NCBI GenBank assembly: GCA_964627815.1
Contig: CAZVKE010000006.1
Coordinates: 212,705 to 276,704 of the forward strand
Direction: 5' to 3'
Origin: an uncultured Leptospiraceae bacterium
GTDB taxonomy: Bacteria; Spirochaetota; UBA4802; JAGODF01
Length of the DNA: 64,000 nucleotides
The first letter of the stretch is position 1. The number at the start of each line of letters is the position of its first letter. Positions 1 through 10,306 of the stretch are shown here, in pieces. Made by a program: the position numbers and the translations under genes. The notes under the pieces were generated by a model, which was not told the origin of the DNA, did no database searches, and worked only from the letters and a program-made list of their open reading frames with translations.

Positions 1-221
1 TTATCCGGATCGAGGCCGAGCGCGAGGAAATCGAGCACCGCCGACATCGTGTTTTCCCGGAGCGCCACCGGATCCTGAAGCGAGGTAAGGGCGTGATAGT
101 TGACGATAAAACAGAAAAGTTCGTGTTCCTCCTGAAATTCGATCATCCGCTTCATCATGGCGAAATAGTTGCCGATATGCAGCGTTCCGGAAGGTTGTAT
201 CCCCGATAAGATGCGTGACAT
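1..221 (-). CDS. trpS: Tryptophanyl-tRNA synthetase, N-terminal part (gene continues beyond window start)
   Basis: Minus-strand translation from the ATG at 221 gives MSRILSGIQPSGTLHIGNYFAMMKRMIEFQ...HALT, matching the class I TrpRS N-terminus (HIGH-like 'GNY' motif). The ORF runs off the window edge. Confidence 0.8.
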   Translation of the reverse strand, partial: MSRILSGIQPSGTLHIGNYFAMMKRMIEFQEEHELFCFIVNYHALTSLQDPVALRENTMSAVLDFLALGLDPD

Positions 222-413
222 GGTACGTTCCTCTTTTCGTTCCAACGAAATAGTACGCTTTTTCAAGCTAAATGATCGCGTATGGCCCGTTGTGGCAGGC
301 GCGGCCGCGACAGAATGTCATAGTGGGGCGAAGCAATGCCGTAATCAAGCGCGAAATGGCCAGCCAGGGCCGCGGAACGGACATTTTTATGATAATGGAG
401 AGATTATAAATGC

Positions 414-442
414 TTGACAGTGTGTTATTGCTCTTTTAGAAT
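414..442 (+). promoter_or_regulatory. Near-consensus sigma70-type promoter (TTGACA-N17-TAGAAT) upstream of the STAS gene
   Basis: TTGACA at 414-419, a 17-nt spacer, then TAGAAT at 437-442, about 90 nt upstream of the ATG at 530. Confidence 0.45.
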
Positions 443-529
443 GCAAAACACTGCGGAACTGCGTACATATATAGAATGTAAGATTAAACACCTCCAGGAT
501 TGTTGATTTTCATTTACCAGGAGAGAGGG

Positions 530-883
530 ATGGAAAATTACAGTGTGTCATCAGATGTTATCGATGAAGTTCCCGTACTGATCATCGAAGGCGATATGAC
601 ATCTGAATCGGACAGTGATGTAATGAAGGCGTATTTCGAAGTGAAACGAAACCAGTCGCCGAAAAACATCATTATCAATTTTGAAAAGACCAAGTATATC
701 AATTCCGCGGGCATCGCATCGCTTATTAATATTATTCAGGACCTGCAGGAGGGCGGCGGAAAGATCTCTTTTGTCGGCCTGACCAATCACTTCAGAAAAG
801 TCATGGATATCGTCGGCATTTCCGATTTCGTCAATATCTTCAATTCAAACGGCGAAGCGATTGAAGCGATAAAAGCGCAGTAA
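530..883 (+). CDS. Anti-sigma factor antagonist (STAS domain, SpoIIAA-like)
   Basis: About 117 aa with the STAS-like pattern (NFEKTKYINSAGIASLINI...). The ATG at 530 (MENYSV) is preferred over the upstream in-frame Met at 500. Confidence 0.75.
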   Translation: MENYSVSSDVIDEVPVLIIEGDMTSESDSDVMKAYFEVKRNQSPKNIIINFEKTKYINSAGIASLINIIQDLQEGGGKISFVGLTNHFRKVMDIVGISDFVNIFNSNGEAIEAIKAQ

Positions 884-931
884 TATTCCTCTGGAACATC
901 TCCATGCCTGAAGAGACCGGCCGTTTTGACG

Positions 932-2626
932 TTAATCCCATTCCCTGAACGCTTCTTCAAGCTGCATCATTCGAGGCTCACGGCCACACCGCTGCACGAT
1001 ATTTTTACGCATTTCTTCTCTGGTTTCCGGGTAATCGGTGTTATAGTGCAGCCCCCTGCTCTCACTGCGCATCATGGCGCCGGTGATGATCAGCGTCGCA
1101 GCCGTGGCGAGGTTGCGCAGTTCCACGGTGGGTGATGATATCGTGCTCCGTTTGTAATAATCATGGATCTCATCGCTTAAAAGCGAAATGCGCCGATGCG
1201 CGCGCTGAAGCCGCAGGTTAGAGCGCACGATCCCGACATAGTCCCACATCAGCCGCTTCACGTCCTCTATGTTGTGCTGGATGAGAATCCACTCCTCGAG
1301 ATGGAATGTACCCTCCTTGTTCCACACGGGGAATTCGGGAATACGGATGTTCCGGTATCCCTCAAAACGGTCCGCGATATAACGAATCGCCCTGTCGGAA
1401 AAGACGATCCCCTCAAGCAGTGAATTGCTCGCGAGCCTGTTCGCTCCATGAATGCCGGTACAGGCGGACTCTCCCGATACAAAGAGGTTTTTTATCGACG
1501 TGCGGCCGTTCAGGTCGGATACAATCCCCCCGCAGATGTAATGCGCGGCGGGAACGACCGGTATCGGCTCCCTGGCGATGTCGATACCGTCAACGCGGCA
1601 CTGCTCGTAAATGTTGGGAAAGCGCTTCTGCAGAAAATCCCTCCCCTTGAAGGATATATCGAGCAGCACATGCTTGTCGCCATGGCGCTTCAGTTCGCGG
1701 TCGATGGCGCGGGCGACGATATCACGCGGCGCGAGCTCCTTCATCGGATGCTCCCGCTCCATGAAGCGCTCTCCCTTCATGTTCAGAAGTATCGCTCCTT
1801 CCCCGCGCACCGCTTCGCTTATAAGAAAGAGCCTTCCCGCCTGCTTCTCCCGGTACAGCGCGGTCGGATGAAACTGGATGAATTCCATATCGGCGACAAG
1901 CGCGCCGGCGCGATAGGCCATGACCGTTCCATCGGCCGTTGCAATGTCAGGATTTGTCGTGTGAAGATACACCTGGCCCGCGCCGCCCGTTGCGAGCAGC
2001 GTGATTTTCGCGTTGAACACATGCACGATCCCGGTGGCGTTTTCGAGGATATAGGCCCCGTAACAGGTGATGTCGTCTCCGATCGGCGCCCCCTGGTCGT
2101 TGGACGGTAATGAGCCGAGCTGGTGCTCTGTCAGAAGGTCTATCGCGGTGTGGTCCTCAAATATTCTGATGGAGTTGATTTCCGCGATCCGGGCCAGAAG
2201 CGCCCGTTCCACCTCCGCGCCGGTAAGGTCAGTGGCGTGCACGATCCTGTTGTGCGAGTGGCCCCCCTCGCGCCCGAGATCAAGCACTTCTTTTCCTTTC
2301 TCATCGGTGCGTGTTGAAAAGCGGGCTCCCCAGACCATGAGCTCCCTGATCCGGTCAGGCCCGTTTTTCACGAGGACCTCGACCGCCTTTTCGTAACAGA
2401 GCCCCGCGCCGGACTTCAGCGTGTCCTCGATATGCTCCTCGGCGGTATCATGTTCATCGATCACCGAGGCGATCCCGCCCTGCGCGTAATTGGTGCTCGA
2501 ATCAGAGTCCTTCTTTTTCGTTACGATATTGACGGTGCCGTATTCTGACGCCTTGATCGCGAACGCGAGGCCCGCGATGCCGCTTCCTATGACCAGAAAA
2601 TCAGAGACGAAATTTTTTGAGCCCAT
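932..2626 (-). CDS. nadB: L-aspartate oxidase
   Basis: 564 aa with an N-terminal FAD-binding GxGxxG (VIGSGIAGL). Succinate dehydrogenase/fumarate reductase flavoprotein-like motifs are present (RGEGAIL, HYxxGG), with length and architecture typical of NadB. Confidence 0.9.
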   Translation of the reverse strand: MGSKNFVSDFLVIGSGIAGLAFAIKASEYGTVNIVTKKKDSDSSTNYAQGGIASVIDEHDTAEEHIEDTLKSGAGLCYEKAVEVLVKNGPDRIRELMVWGARFSTRTDEKGKEVLDLGREGGHSHNRIVHATDLTGAEVERALLARIAEINSIRIFEDHTAIDLLTEHQLGSLPSNDQGAPIGDDITCYGAYILENATGIVHVFNAKITLLATGGAGQVYLHTTNPDIATADGTVMAYRAGALVADMEFIQFHPTALYREKQAGRLFLISEAVRGEGAILLNMKGERFMEREHPMKELAPRDIVARAIDRELKRHGDKHVLLDISFKGRDFLQKRFPNIYEQCRVDGIDIAREPIPVVPAAHYICGGIVSDLNGRTSIKNLFVSGESACTGIHGANRLASNSLLEGIVFSDRAIRYIADRFEGYRNIRIPEFPVWNKEGTFHLEEWILIQHNIEDVKRLMWDYVGIVRSNLRLQRAHRRISLLSDEIHDYYKRSTISSPTVELRNLATAATLIITGAMMRSESRGLHYNTDYPETREEMRKNIVQRCGREPRMMQLEEAFREWD

Positions 2627-2786
2627 TGCGACTTCCTTTCGAAAAAATAATCCGCGAAATGAAAAGAATCATTCCTGTGCATCATGAATATGCCTGAAAA
2701 AAAATCAACCCGGAAAAATCCGGGTTGAGGAATGAGAGCTCGATAACGGGGGAGTCATCGGCCCGTAAAATCGTATGGATAAATAA

Positions 2787-3134
2787 TTACTTACGGATAG
2801 AGTGGGACTTCCTCTCTGTCATGGTATCGGCGAACGCCTGATATCCGTCGCGACGAATGAATTCAATGCATGCCTTTCTGTTCGAGCGGAAGATGAATCC
2901 GAAGAGCTTCGACATGAAATTGTTGAACGAACGGCACGCCATGACATCCTGATGCGTGGCGCATTCCGCACAGCTCTGAAGATTGTTTTCGATGCAGCAC
3001 TTCCTCACGCCACACCATGTCGCTTTTTCGTTCTCGCGGCATCCGGGACATTTATCTTTCAGATAACGGGGACATGCCCCACAGTAGAGACCGCAGTACG
3101 CTATCAGAGCGGTATCAGAAATCATTTCTTTCAT
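2787..3134 (-). CDS. Cysteine-rich DUF3795-like protein
   Basis: Multiple CxxC pairs (CGLYCGACPRY, CPGCRENE, CAEC). A GAGGA RBS precedes the ATG at 3134. Confidence 0.55.
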   Translation of the reverse strand: MKEMISDTALIAYCGLYCGACPRYLKDKCPGCRENEKATWCGVRKCCIENNLQSCAECATHQDVMACRSFNNFMSKLFGFIFRSNRKACIEFIRRDGYQAFADTMTERKSHSIRK

Positions 3135-3306
3135 CACATTTCCTCGTAATAATACATAAATGAAATACATTGACATTAGTACTACACATGTGTTACGGTG
3201 TCAACACTTTCTTGAAAAATATTCTTCCTGACAATTGATTCCAGCTCCTTGAATTTCATGCCATACGTTACTACATTATTCTATCACCCTTTGAATAGGA
3301 GGACGT

Positions 3307-3714
3307 ATGAATATAAAACGATTTCTGATTGCCGTTGCGCTTGTGTTTGTGGCTTTTCGGCTCATGGACATTCTTGTCCACGGTTTTCTCCTGATGAAAA
3401 GCTACGAGGCGCTTGCTTCGGTATGGCGCCCGGACCTGATGTCGCTGACCTGGATCATGTACGTTACAGGATTGCTTTATTCGATCCTTTTTGTTTATGT
3501 TTTTGTCAAAGGATATGAAGGAAAGGGAATCCTTGAAGGCGTGCGTTTCGGCTTTATCATCGGGCTTTTTATTAATGTCGTCGGCGCGCTCAACCAGTAT
3601 GTGATCTATCCGGTGCCTTTCGTGCTTGCCGTTCAGTGGCTTGTCTATGGAACGATCGAATGCATAATCGCAGGCGCGATCGCGGCCGCGGCATATCGCG
3701 AAAAGGAAGCATGA
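3307..3714 (+). CDS. Small integral membrane protein (DUF1761-like, 4 TM)
   Basis: 135 aa with four hydrophobic segments and no catalytic motifs. Confidence 0.55.
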   Translation: MNIKRFLIAVALVFVAFRLMDILVHGFLLMKSYEALASVWRPDLMSLTWIMYVTGLLYSILFVYVFVKGYEGKGILEGVRFGFIIGLFINVVGALNQYVIYPVPFVLAVQWLVYGTIECIIAGAIAAAAYREKEA

Positions 3715-3735
3715 TCGAAACGCGCGTTGTGCAGT

Positions 3736-4530
3736 CTATCGTCTGGTGAGCGCGGTAAAATTCTGAAATACCAGCTCCTGTAGCGAAGGAACGGGTTCCT
3801 TTCGAAGCGCCGCGATAAATTCGTACGTGTGGACAACATACTCGGGCCGGTTCTTTTTCCCCCTGAGCGGAACAGGCGTAAGGAACGGCGCGTCGGTTTC
3901 AAGGAGGAGCCTGTCCATCGGCACATAGCTTGCCGCATCGTGCAGATCGGCTGCCGTGCGATAGGTGAGATTTCCCGCGAAGGAGATGTAAAACCCGAGA
4001 TCGAGGAACCGCTTCGCCATCGCGCCGTCACCGGAAAAACAGTGCATGACGCCGAGAGGGGGTTTCTTCGCTCGAAGGATCGCGAGCGCGTCCTCTGCGG
4101 CGTCGCGCGAGTGCACGATGACGGGAAGATTGTGGCGCGCGGCAAGGTCAAGCTGGAACTCGAACGAACGTCGCTGCATATCGGCGGGCTGGTGCATCCG
4201 GAAGAAGTCAAGGCCGGTTTCCCCGATACCGAAGAGAAGATCGGCGTCCGCGGAACCTACAAGCTCTTCGACAAAATTACGCAGCCGCTCAAGATCGGCT
4301 TCTTCAGCGCGGGAGGAAGGATGTATCCCCGCCGTGAAGAGTATTCCCGCCGAGCGGTTGCGCGCCGCGAAATCGCGCGACCATGCAAGGCCTTCCGCGT
4401 CGATTGAGACCTGCACCGCCCGGCCCACACCGTGCGAGGCGAGCGAAGTGACGTATTCCTCCTCCGATCCGCCATCCTCCAGGCAGAGATCGAAGTGCGC
4501 GTGGGAATCGATGAACACGGGACCATTCAT
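3736..4530 (-). CDS. tatD: TatD-family metal-dependent hydrolase/DNase
   Basis: N-terminal DSHAH motif plus conserved H/E/D metal ligands (VHCF, ETDAP). 264 aa. Confidence 0.85.
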   Translation of the reverse strand: MNGPVFIDSHAHFDLCLEDGGSEEEYVTSLASHGVGRAVQVSIDAEGLAWSRDFAARNRSAGILFTAGIHPSSRAEEADLERLRNFVEELVGSADADLLFGIGETGLDFFRMHQPADMQRRSFEFQLDLAARHNLPVIVHSRDAAEDALAILRAKKPPLGVMHCFSGDGAMAKRFLDLGFYISFAGNLTYRTAADLHDAASYVPMDRLLLETDAPFLTPVPLRGKKNRPEYVVHTYEFIAALRKEPVPSLQELVFQNFTALTRR

Positions 4531-5387
4531 GCCACGATCTCGGTGCCGATGCCGGCGTCGGTAAATATCTCGAGAAGCACCGCGTGCTCGACCCTGCCGT
4601 CGATGATGTGGGTTTTGTGCACTCCTCCCGCTACCGCGTCAAGGCAGCAGTTCACTTTCGGGATCATACCGCCGGTGATGACCTTTCTTTTCATGAGGTC
4701 CCGAACCTGGCTTTCGGTCAGGGTGGATATGAGGCCGCCGTCCTCCTTTACTCCCTCAACATCGGTCAGGAGAATGAGCTTCTCGGCCCGAAGCGCCTCG
4801 GCGATCTTTCCCGCGGCGATATCGGCGTTGATATTGTAGGTTTCGCCGTCCTCGCCAAACCCGATTGGCGCGATGACCGGTATGAAACGGTCGCGGTCGA
4901 GCGTATCGATGACACGCGGATCGACCTGCTTCACCGTGCCGACAAGGCCTATATCAAGCTTCTCGTTGTTCTCCTCGTGGTAGATCTTCTCGGCGAGGAG
5001 GAGGTTGCCGTCCTTCCCCGAAAGGCCGACGGCCCTTCCGCCCGCGCTGTTGATGTGATGGACGATCTCCTTGTTGACGTTGCCGACGAGCACCATCTCG
5101 ACGACGTCCATCGTTTCCCGGTCGGTGACGCGCATGCCGCCCACGAATTCAGATTTCTTCCCCATCCGTTCGAGGAGCTGTCCGATCTGAGGCCCGCCGC
5201 CGTGTACAATGACCGGGTTGATGCCAACGTATTTCAGAAGCACCATATCCACCGCGAAAGAGCGCCGCAGAGCCTCCTCGGTCATGGCGTGCCCGCCGTA
5301 CTTGATGACTATCGTCTTTCCGTAAAACTGGCGGATATAGGGGAACGACTCGATGAGCGTGTTGACGGTTTCGATATATCGTTGCAT
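4527..5387 (-). CDS. argB: Acetylglutamate kinase
   Basis: Amino-acid kinase family with the VIKYGG and VHGGG motifs. Start taken at the Met (MQRYIE) at 5387. There is a 4-nt overlap with tatD. Confidence 0.9.
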   Translation of the reverse strand: MQRYIETVNTLIESFPYIRQFYGKTIVIKYGGHAMTEEALRRSFAVDMVLLKYVGINPVIVHGGGPQIGQLLERMGKKSEFVGGMRVTDRETMDVVEMVLVGNVNKEIVHHINSAGGRAVGLSGKDGNLLLAEKIYHEENNEKLDIGLVGTVKQVDPRVIDTLDRDRFIPVIAPIGFGEDGETYNINADIAAGKIAEALRAEKLILLTDVEGVKEDGGLISTLTESQVRDLMKRKVITGGMIPKVNCCLDAVAGGVHKTHIIDGRVEHAVLLEIFTDAGIGTEIVA

Positions 5388-5622
5388 GAAGAGTGTCCTG
5401 ATTTTTAAGAATTGGGGCCGGATGCGATTCGGATACGCATCGACGCATTCAAGATACCGTAGCGCGTTTGCGCACGCTGTCAAACAGAATATTTCAAACC
5501 GCATGAATGCTTTGAATCCACTTTGACCGAACGCTCTGCCAATTAAAAATTGCTTTACAGATGCCGCCAGTGTATATGTACTTATTTAAAATATTCTCAT
5601 CGCATTCTGCGGAGCCCCGATC

Positions 5623-7725
5623 ATGAGATACTCGTTCATCGCCGTCGCACTGCTCGCGTTTTTCATTCTCACCGCACAGACGCCTCCTGCAAACGACACT
5701 GGAGGGCAACCGGCACCTGCCACTGATAAAACCGTCACTGAACAAAAGGCGCCGGCAACAGCACAGAAGGAAACGGCGGCAACTCCGGACAAAGGGACCA
5801 AAACGCAAAAGACCCCACCCATCGCGCCCGAAAAAAATGCCGCAAAAACCGCTGAAAAAGCGAAGGCAAAAGAACCGAAAAAAGCGGCTCCGCGACGGGA
5901 GCCCGCAAAACGTCCCGCGGCCATCCAGCGCGACAGGCCGGCCAAAGCACCCGCGAAGGCCCTGAAAAAAGACGCCGCAAAAACCGAACCACAGCGCAGA
6001 GCTGATGCGAAGGTCGTACCCGCTGCAAATGAAAAAGACGCGGCACAGACGCAGCGCAAGGCGGAAACTAAGATCGTTCCTGCGGCCGAAAGCAAAATCT
6101 CTCCTGACATCGAAAAATCGGCGCGCCCCGCTACCGAGGGCAAGGCCGAATCGAAGATCGCGGAAAAGGCTGAAGCCAAACTGGTTCCGAAGGATGAAAA
6201 AAAAATAGGGCCGGAGAAGGAAGCCGGCAAGGCCGCTGAAAAAGCCGCAAGAAAAAAAGATGAAAAGAAAATCGCGCCGGGCCGTGAACCCGCACGACGG
6301 ATCGTACCGGCGCGGCAGAACAGGAAGAAAGATAAAACTCCGGGAAAAGATGCCCGGAAAAAAGACCGTGGCGATAAAGCGGATAAAAAAGAAGACAAAG
6401 GTATCCTGAATCCGCTCGAATCGCTCAACACAAAACTTGTCGAGGTCGCCAATTCGGTCATGCCGTCAGTCGTGAGCATACAGGCAATCCGGACCGTAAC
6501 GGACCAGGAATACAGGGAGCGGAGCAAAGCCGTACCGCGCGATCCTTACGCCGTCGTGAAGGAACCGAATAAGATTCTTTTCCGCGGTTCGGGAATCGTG
6601 TACGACGACAAGGGCCATATCCTTACCAACCATCACCTGCTGCTCGATTCGAAAGATATCAGGGTAACGCTATCCGACAAAAGGGAGTTCAGGGCATCAC
6701 TGGTGGGCTCTGACCCCGCGACCGATATCGCGGTGCTGAAACTTGTCAAAGTTCCGGATAAGCTTCCCGTTATCGCCCAGGGCGATTCTGAAAAAGTCCG
6801 TTCCGGTGAGATGGTCATCGCTGTCGGAAGATCCCTCGGCATTCCTCACACGGTCGCGATCGGTGTCGTGAGCGGCCTCACGCGCCAGCATCCGGGGCTT
6901 GCGGAATACGAATATTTTCTTCAAACCGACGCGCCGATTAATTCGGGCAATTCGGGCGGTGCGCTTATCAATATCCGCGGAGAGCTTGTCGGTATCAACA
7001 CCGCGGTCGTATCGCCCGCTGCCGCGTTCCGCGGCGCGGGGCTCGCCGTTCCCCGCAACATGGCGCAGAAAATAGCCGATGATCTGATCGCGAAGGGCAA
7101 AATCGTCCGCGGCTGGATCGGCGTCTACCTTCAGCCGGTCACAACGGGCATATCCAGCTCGCTCGGATACGATAAGGAAGGCGGGGTGCTTGTGACCGCC
7201 ATAGCCAAGGGGTCATCGGCGGAAAAAGCCGACATCCGTTCCGGGGACATCATTACGAAAATCGACACTATCGATATAGCCGACATGAACCATTTCAGGA
7301 GGCTCATCGCATGGAAAAAGCCCGGTGAGAAAGCGGCGCTTACGCTTTTCCGTACAAACGCATCGCTCGACATCACCGCCGACGTCGAAGCCGCGCCCGA
7401 CCGCGACGCGCTTTCATTCAGGGAGCGGATTTCCCGCAGGGACGACCTCGGCATCACCGTCAAGGACCTCGACGAGGAGCTCGCGTACCGCTACAAAATC
7501 CGCGGAAGGAGCGGCGTGGTGGTGACCGAAGTCCGTCAGGATTCGCCCGCGTTCGTCACGGGCCTTCGGGTGGGTGACGCGATCATCGAGATCAACAAAA
7601 CCCCGATTGAAAACACCGGTACGTATAAAAAAGTGATGGTCGATTCCGTTGAGCAGAAACAGTTCCTGCTGTTTATCAGAAGAATGGGAGTCAATCATTT
7701 CAAGGTACTTCAGCGGGCCGATTGA
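5623..7725 (+). CDS. htrA: HtrA/DegP-family periplasmic serine protease with a long N-terminal Lys/Ala/Pro-rich low-complexity extension
   Basis: Signal peptide, then roughly 250 aa of K/A/P/E-rich repeats. This is followed by a trypsin-like domain (HHLLL...D...GNSGGALIN catalytic triad context) and two PDZ-like regions. Confidence 0.85.
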   Translation: MRYSFIAVALLAFFILTAQTPPANDTGGQPAPATDKTVTEQKAPATAQKETAATPDKGTKTQKTPPIAPEKNAAKTAEKAKAKEPKKAAPRREPAKRPAAIQRDRPAKAPAKALKKDAAKTEPQRRADAKVVPAANEKDAAQTQRKAETKIVPAAESKISPDIEKSARPATEGKAESKIAEKAEAKLVPKDEKKIGPEKEAGKAAEKAARKKDEKKIAPGREPARRIVPARQNRKKDKTPGKDARKKDRGDKADKKEDKGILNPLESLNTKLVEVANSVMPSVVSIQAIRTVTDQEYRERSKAVPRDPYAVVKEPNKILFRGSGIVYDDKGHILTNHHLLLDSKDIRVTLSDKREFRASLVGSDPATDIAVLKLVKVPDKLPVIAQGDSEKVRSGEMVIAVGRSLGIPHTVAIGVVSGLTRQHPGLAEYEYFLQTDAPINSGNSGGALINIRGELVGINTAVVSPAAAFRGAGLAVPRNMAQKIADDLIAKGKIVRGWIGVYLQPVTTGISSSLGYDKEGGVLVTAIAKGSSAEKADIRSGDIITKIDTIDIADMNHFRRLIAWKKPGEKAALTLFRTNASLDITADVEAAPDRDALSFRERISRRDDLGITVKDLDEELAYRYKIRGRSGVVVTEVRQDSPAFVTGLRVGDAIIEINKTPIENTGTYKKVMVDSVEQKQFLLFIRRMGVNHFKVLQRAD

Positions 7726-7852
7726 TTGTATTTCAGTTTACTTTCACCGGGTCCGTAAGTATATTCTGCTGTATCGGAGCAGCACCAGGTATACAGGTTT
7801 TTTTTACCGCATCAGTAGGGATGATACAGATATCATAGCGAGGAGGCGCCTC

Positions 7853-8776
7853 ATGAAGAAAGGCGGGTATCTCATTTTATTAGCGACAGCAATAACGTGT
7901 GCGTTTATCTTCGCGTCCGGCTGCAAGAAAAGCGATGAAAGCCGTCCCGCACAAATCGAGCATGCTCCTTCAATGCCGGGCGCGGTGATGCAGGAGGCCG
8001 ACAGGGACCAGCCTTCCACTGCGGCGGAAAGCGGAGCGCGAAAGGGAAATGATAAAGGCGGACCCGAAACCGCTGCCGGTCTCCCTCCCGCGGCCGCCAG
8101 AATGCAGACGCTTCTCCAAAGTCCGATGCTTGAGGCGGCCGACAGGTTCCTTGAATACACCGTCGATCTCCGCTACCGTGCCGATGATTTCCGTCGTGCG
8201 CGCAACACCCTTTATGAAGTCATTTCGAAATACGGATTCATCCAATCCGGCACCACGGAACTGGGAGCAGCTTCCGAGCTTACGATCCTTTCATCCATTC
8301 AATCAGCGAACCTGTACAAATTCCTGCGCGAGATCGACTCGATCGGCACCCTCGTATCCGAACGCATCCACGTCACCGATCTGACCGAACAGATAGTGCT
8401 CTCACAACGTGCTCAAAGGCGCGAATCGATACGCATGGAACGCCGCAACAGGGCGATGGGGCAGGCTGGCGCCCGCGACAGTAACTGGCAGGCGATTGAG
8501 AACGCGCTTACCATCAGCGAAGACCGCTATGACGGCGCCGAGCACCAGAAATGGCAGGTGACCGACCGCGTCTCCTGGGCAAAGATCACTATCCGTATCG
8601 AGCCGACAGGAGAGATAAAAGTCCCGCCTTACAGGAAAGCGCTTTACTGGCTCGTCGAGACCGCGCTTGACACGGTCTACGCGTTCCTCTACTTCATTCC
8701 GGTGCTTGTCGTGCTGCTGCTCATCTGGTGGCAGTGGCCGAGGATTTCGAAGCCTTTCAGGAAAAAATCGGAATAG
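7853..8776 (+). CDS. Putative lipoprotein with C-terminal TM helix (DUF4349-like architecture)
   Basis: AGGAGG RBS at 7841-7846, then ATG at 7853. Lipoprotein-like signal (LLATAITCAFIFASGCKK). The C-terminal hydrophobic helix is FIPVLVVLLLIWW. Confidence 0.55.
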   Translation: MKKGGYLILLATAITCAFIFASGCKKSDESRPAQIEHAPSMPGAVMQEADRDQPSTAAESGARKGNDKGGPETAAGLPPAAARMQTLLQSPMLEAADRFLEYTVDLRYRADDFRRARNTLYEVISKYGFIQSGTTELGAASELTILSSIQSANLYKFLREIDSIGTLVSERIHVTDLTEQIVLSQRAQRRESIRMERRNRAMGQAGARDSNWQAIENALTISEDRYDGAEHQKWQVTDRVSWAKITIRIEPTGEIKVPPYRKALYWLVETALDTVYAFLYFIPVLVVLLLIWWQWPRISKPFRKKSE

Positions 8777-8802
8777 GGTGGATACAATACTCCGGCACGG
8801 AC

Positions 8803-10065
8803 TCAGGCGCGGTTCTGGTCGTCAAGCCACTGCCGCGCGATGTGCCGGTAATACTTGTATTCCGGCGGCGAGAGGGGAAGCTGCTTGACGATCAGCGTGC
8901 GCGCCCAGCGACGCTCCGTTGATTCGCAGATGTCCTTGATCGTGCGACCTGAAAGGCCTTCGCTCACAGAAGCAAGCCCTGCAAGCTCCTCTTCCGAAAG
9001 GTGCTTTGCGTAGTTGCCGAAAATCGAAGCACGCTCCTTATCGTTGGGCAGCGGAAAGTGGATCGTCTGGTCGAAGCGGCTGATGAGCGCGTGATCGAGA
9101 TCGTTCTTCCGGTTGGTGGCCCCGATGGTAACCGTGCTGGTCACCGAATCGATGCCGTCAAGCTTGCGAAGCAGCACCGAAAGAACCCGGCGTGTCGCCT
9201 CAAACATGTTCTGGTCGCGCGATCCGGCGAGCGCGTCGATTTCGTCGAGGAAAATGATCGCCCCTCCGATTTCGTCGGCGGTCTCGAATATCATCGAAAG
9301 GTTCTGCGACGACTGCCCGTACCACTTTGACATGATCGATTCTATCGGCACGTACACCAGCGGCACTTTCACGTCACCGGCGATGATGCGCGCCACGGTT
9401 GTCTTGCCGACGCCGGGGCTTCCCTCAAAGAGGATGGCGCGCGGGCGGTTCGATTCGAAGCTACGCCTGGTGAGCTGCGCGATCGAGTCGTAGAGCTCCG
9501 GGTTCTGCAGCGGCAGAATGATCGACTCGCGGATCCTGCGCTTCACTTCCTCATATCCGGCGATGTACGACCACTCCATCTTCGAGTTATCGGTATAGAC
9601 CGACGCGCCGAGCTTCTTCAGCCGGGATATCGGATCGTCCCCCGCTCCTGAATGCGCGGCGCGGTAAAGCTCGATGACGAGGTTCACTTCCTCCTGGCCG
9701 AGATTTCCTTTCTTTGAGATATCCGCCCTGAAGTTGGTCGTCAGGCCGAAAAACTCGATCTTGATGTTGTCGAGGATATTATCCGCCTTGAAAAGGCTCC
9801 GGTTCAACGCCTGAAACGCATAATACCCGTCTCCAAAAGAATGGATGCGTATGTTTTCAAGAAAGCTTTTTATGAGGGCCACGAATTTGAAAAGCAGCGC
9901 CTCGTGAAGGACCGGCACGGGGAATGAGATGACCGTCGAGGTTTTTTCAAAGGATATTTTCAGCGCGCTGTGATCGACATCCCCGCCAATAGCAAGTACC
10001 GCCTTTTCTATCTGCTCCTTCATCCGGTCAAACGGAATAAGCTGTTCTTCAACCGTTGTGCTCAT
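8803..10065 (-). CDS. AAA+ family ATPase with uncharacterised ~190-aa N-terminal domain
   Basis: Walker A GSPGVGKTT, Walker B IIFLDEID and the second region of homology. Classic AAA (FtsH/katanin-like) module with no protease domain. Confidence 0.8.
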   Translation of the reverse strand: MSTTVEEQLIPFDRMKEQIEKAVLAIGGDVDHSALKISFEKTSTVISFPVPVLHEALLFKFVALIKSFLENIRIHSFGDGYYAFQALNRSLFKADNILDNIKIEFFGLTTNFRADISKKGNLGQEEVNLVIELYRAAHSGAGDDPISRLKKLGASVYTDNSKMEWSYIAGYEEVKRRIRESIILPLQNPELYDSIAQLTRRSFESNRPRAILFEGSPGVGKTTVARIIAGDVKVPLVYVPIESIMSKWYGQSSQNLSMIFETADEIGGAIIFLDEIDALAGSRDQNMFEATRRVLSVLLRKLDGIDSVTSTVTIGATNRKNDLDHALISRFDQTIHFPLPNDKERASIFGNYAKHLSEEELAGLASVSEGLSGRTIKDICESTERRWARTLIVKQLPLSPPEYKYYRHIARQWLDDQNRA

Positions 10066-10252
10066 ATCCCCTCAAATTATGTCTCATATCAGACAGAATA
10101 ACCGCTTCACATGTAATGTCAAGCCTGTTTTAGCAGGAGCGCTTGATACCTTCTCGCGGCGGGGTCAGAGCCCTCTATGCGGGAATAAAATTTGTCTTTA
10201 CATACCATTATTTTCAGTAACAAGTAAGGGAAGTGTGCTACTTATAATATTG

Positions 10253-10279
10253 TTAGCCATCACGCATGACGAGTGCTAA
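10253..10279 (+). promoter_or_regulatory. CIRCE-like inverted repeat (putative HrcA operator) upstream of clpB
   Basis: TTAGCCATC-N9-GAGTGCTAA, compared with the CIRCE consensus TTAGCACTC-N9-GAGTGCTAA. It lies 28 nt upstream of the clpB ATG, with a TATAAT at 10243-10248 just upstream. Confidence 0.5.
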
Positions 10280-10306
10280 TATATATAAAGACCGGAGGTT
10301 CCATCG

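Noticed and set aside
169-417. 82-aa plus-strand ORF at the window start
   Set aside because: It overlaps the trpS start and the promoter region of the STAS gene. No RBS and no motifs.
4584-5408. 274-aa plus-strand ORF
   Set aside because: Antisense to argB.
5586-6527. 313-aa minus-strand ORF, and 6005-6208 plus-strand ORF, within the htrA 5' region
   Set aside because: They lie antisense to, or in an alternative frame of, the K/A-rich coding region. They have low-complexity composition typical of shadow ORFs in GC/repeat-rich sequence.
7649-7852. N-terminal extension of the lipoprotein ORF
   Set aside because: The AGGAGG RBS and the signal-peptide Met at 7853 make the upstream in-frame extension implausible.
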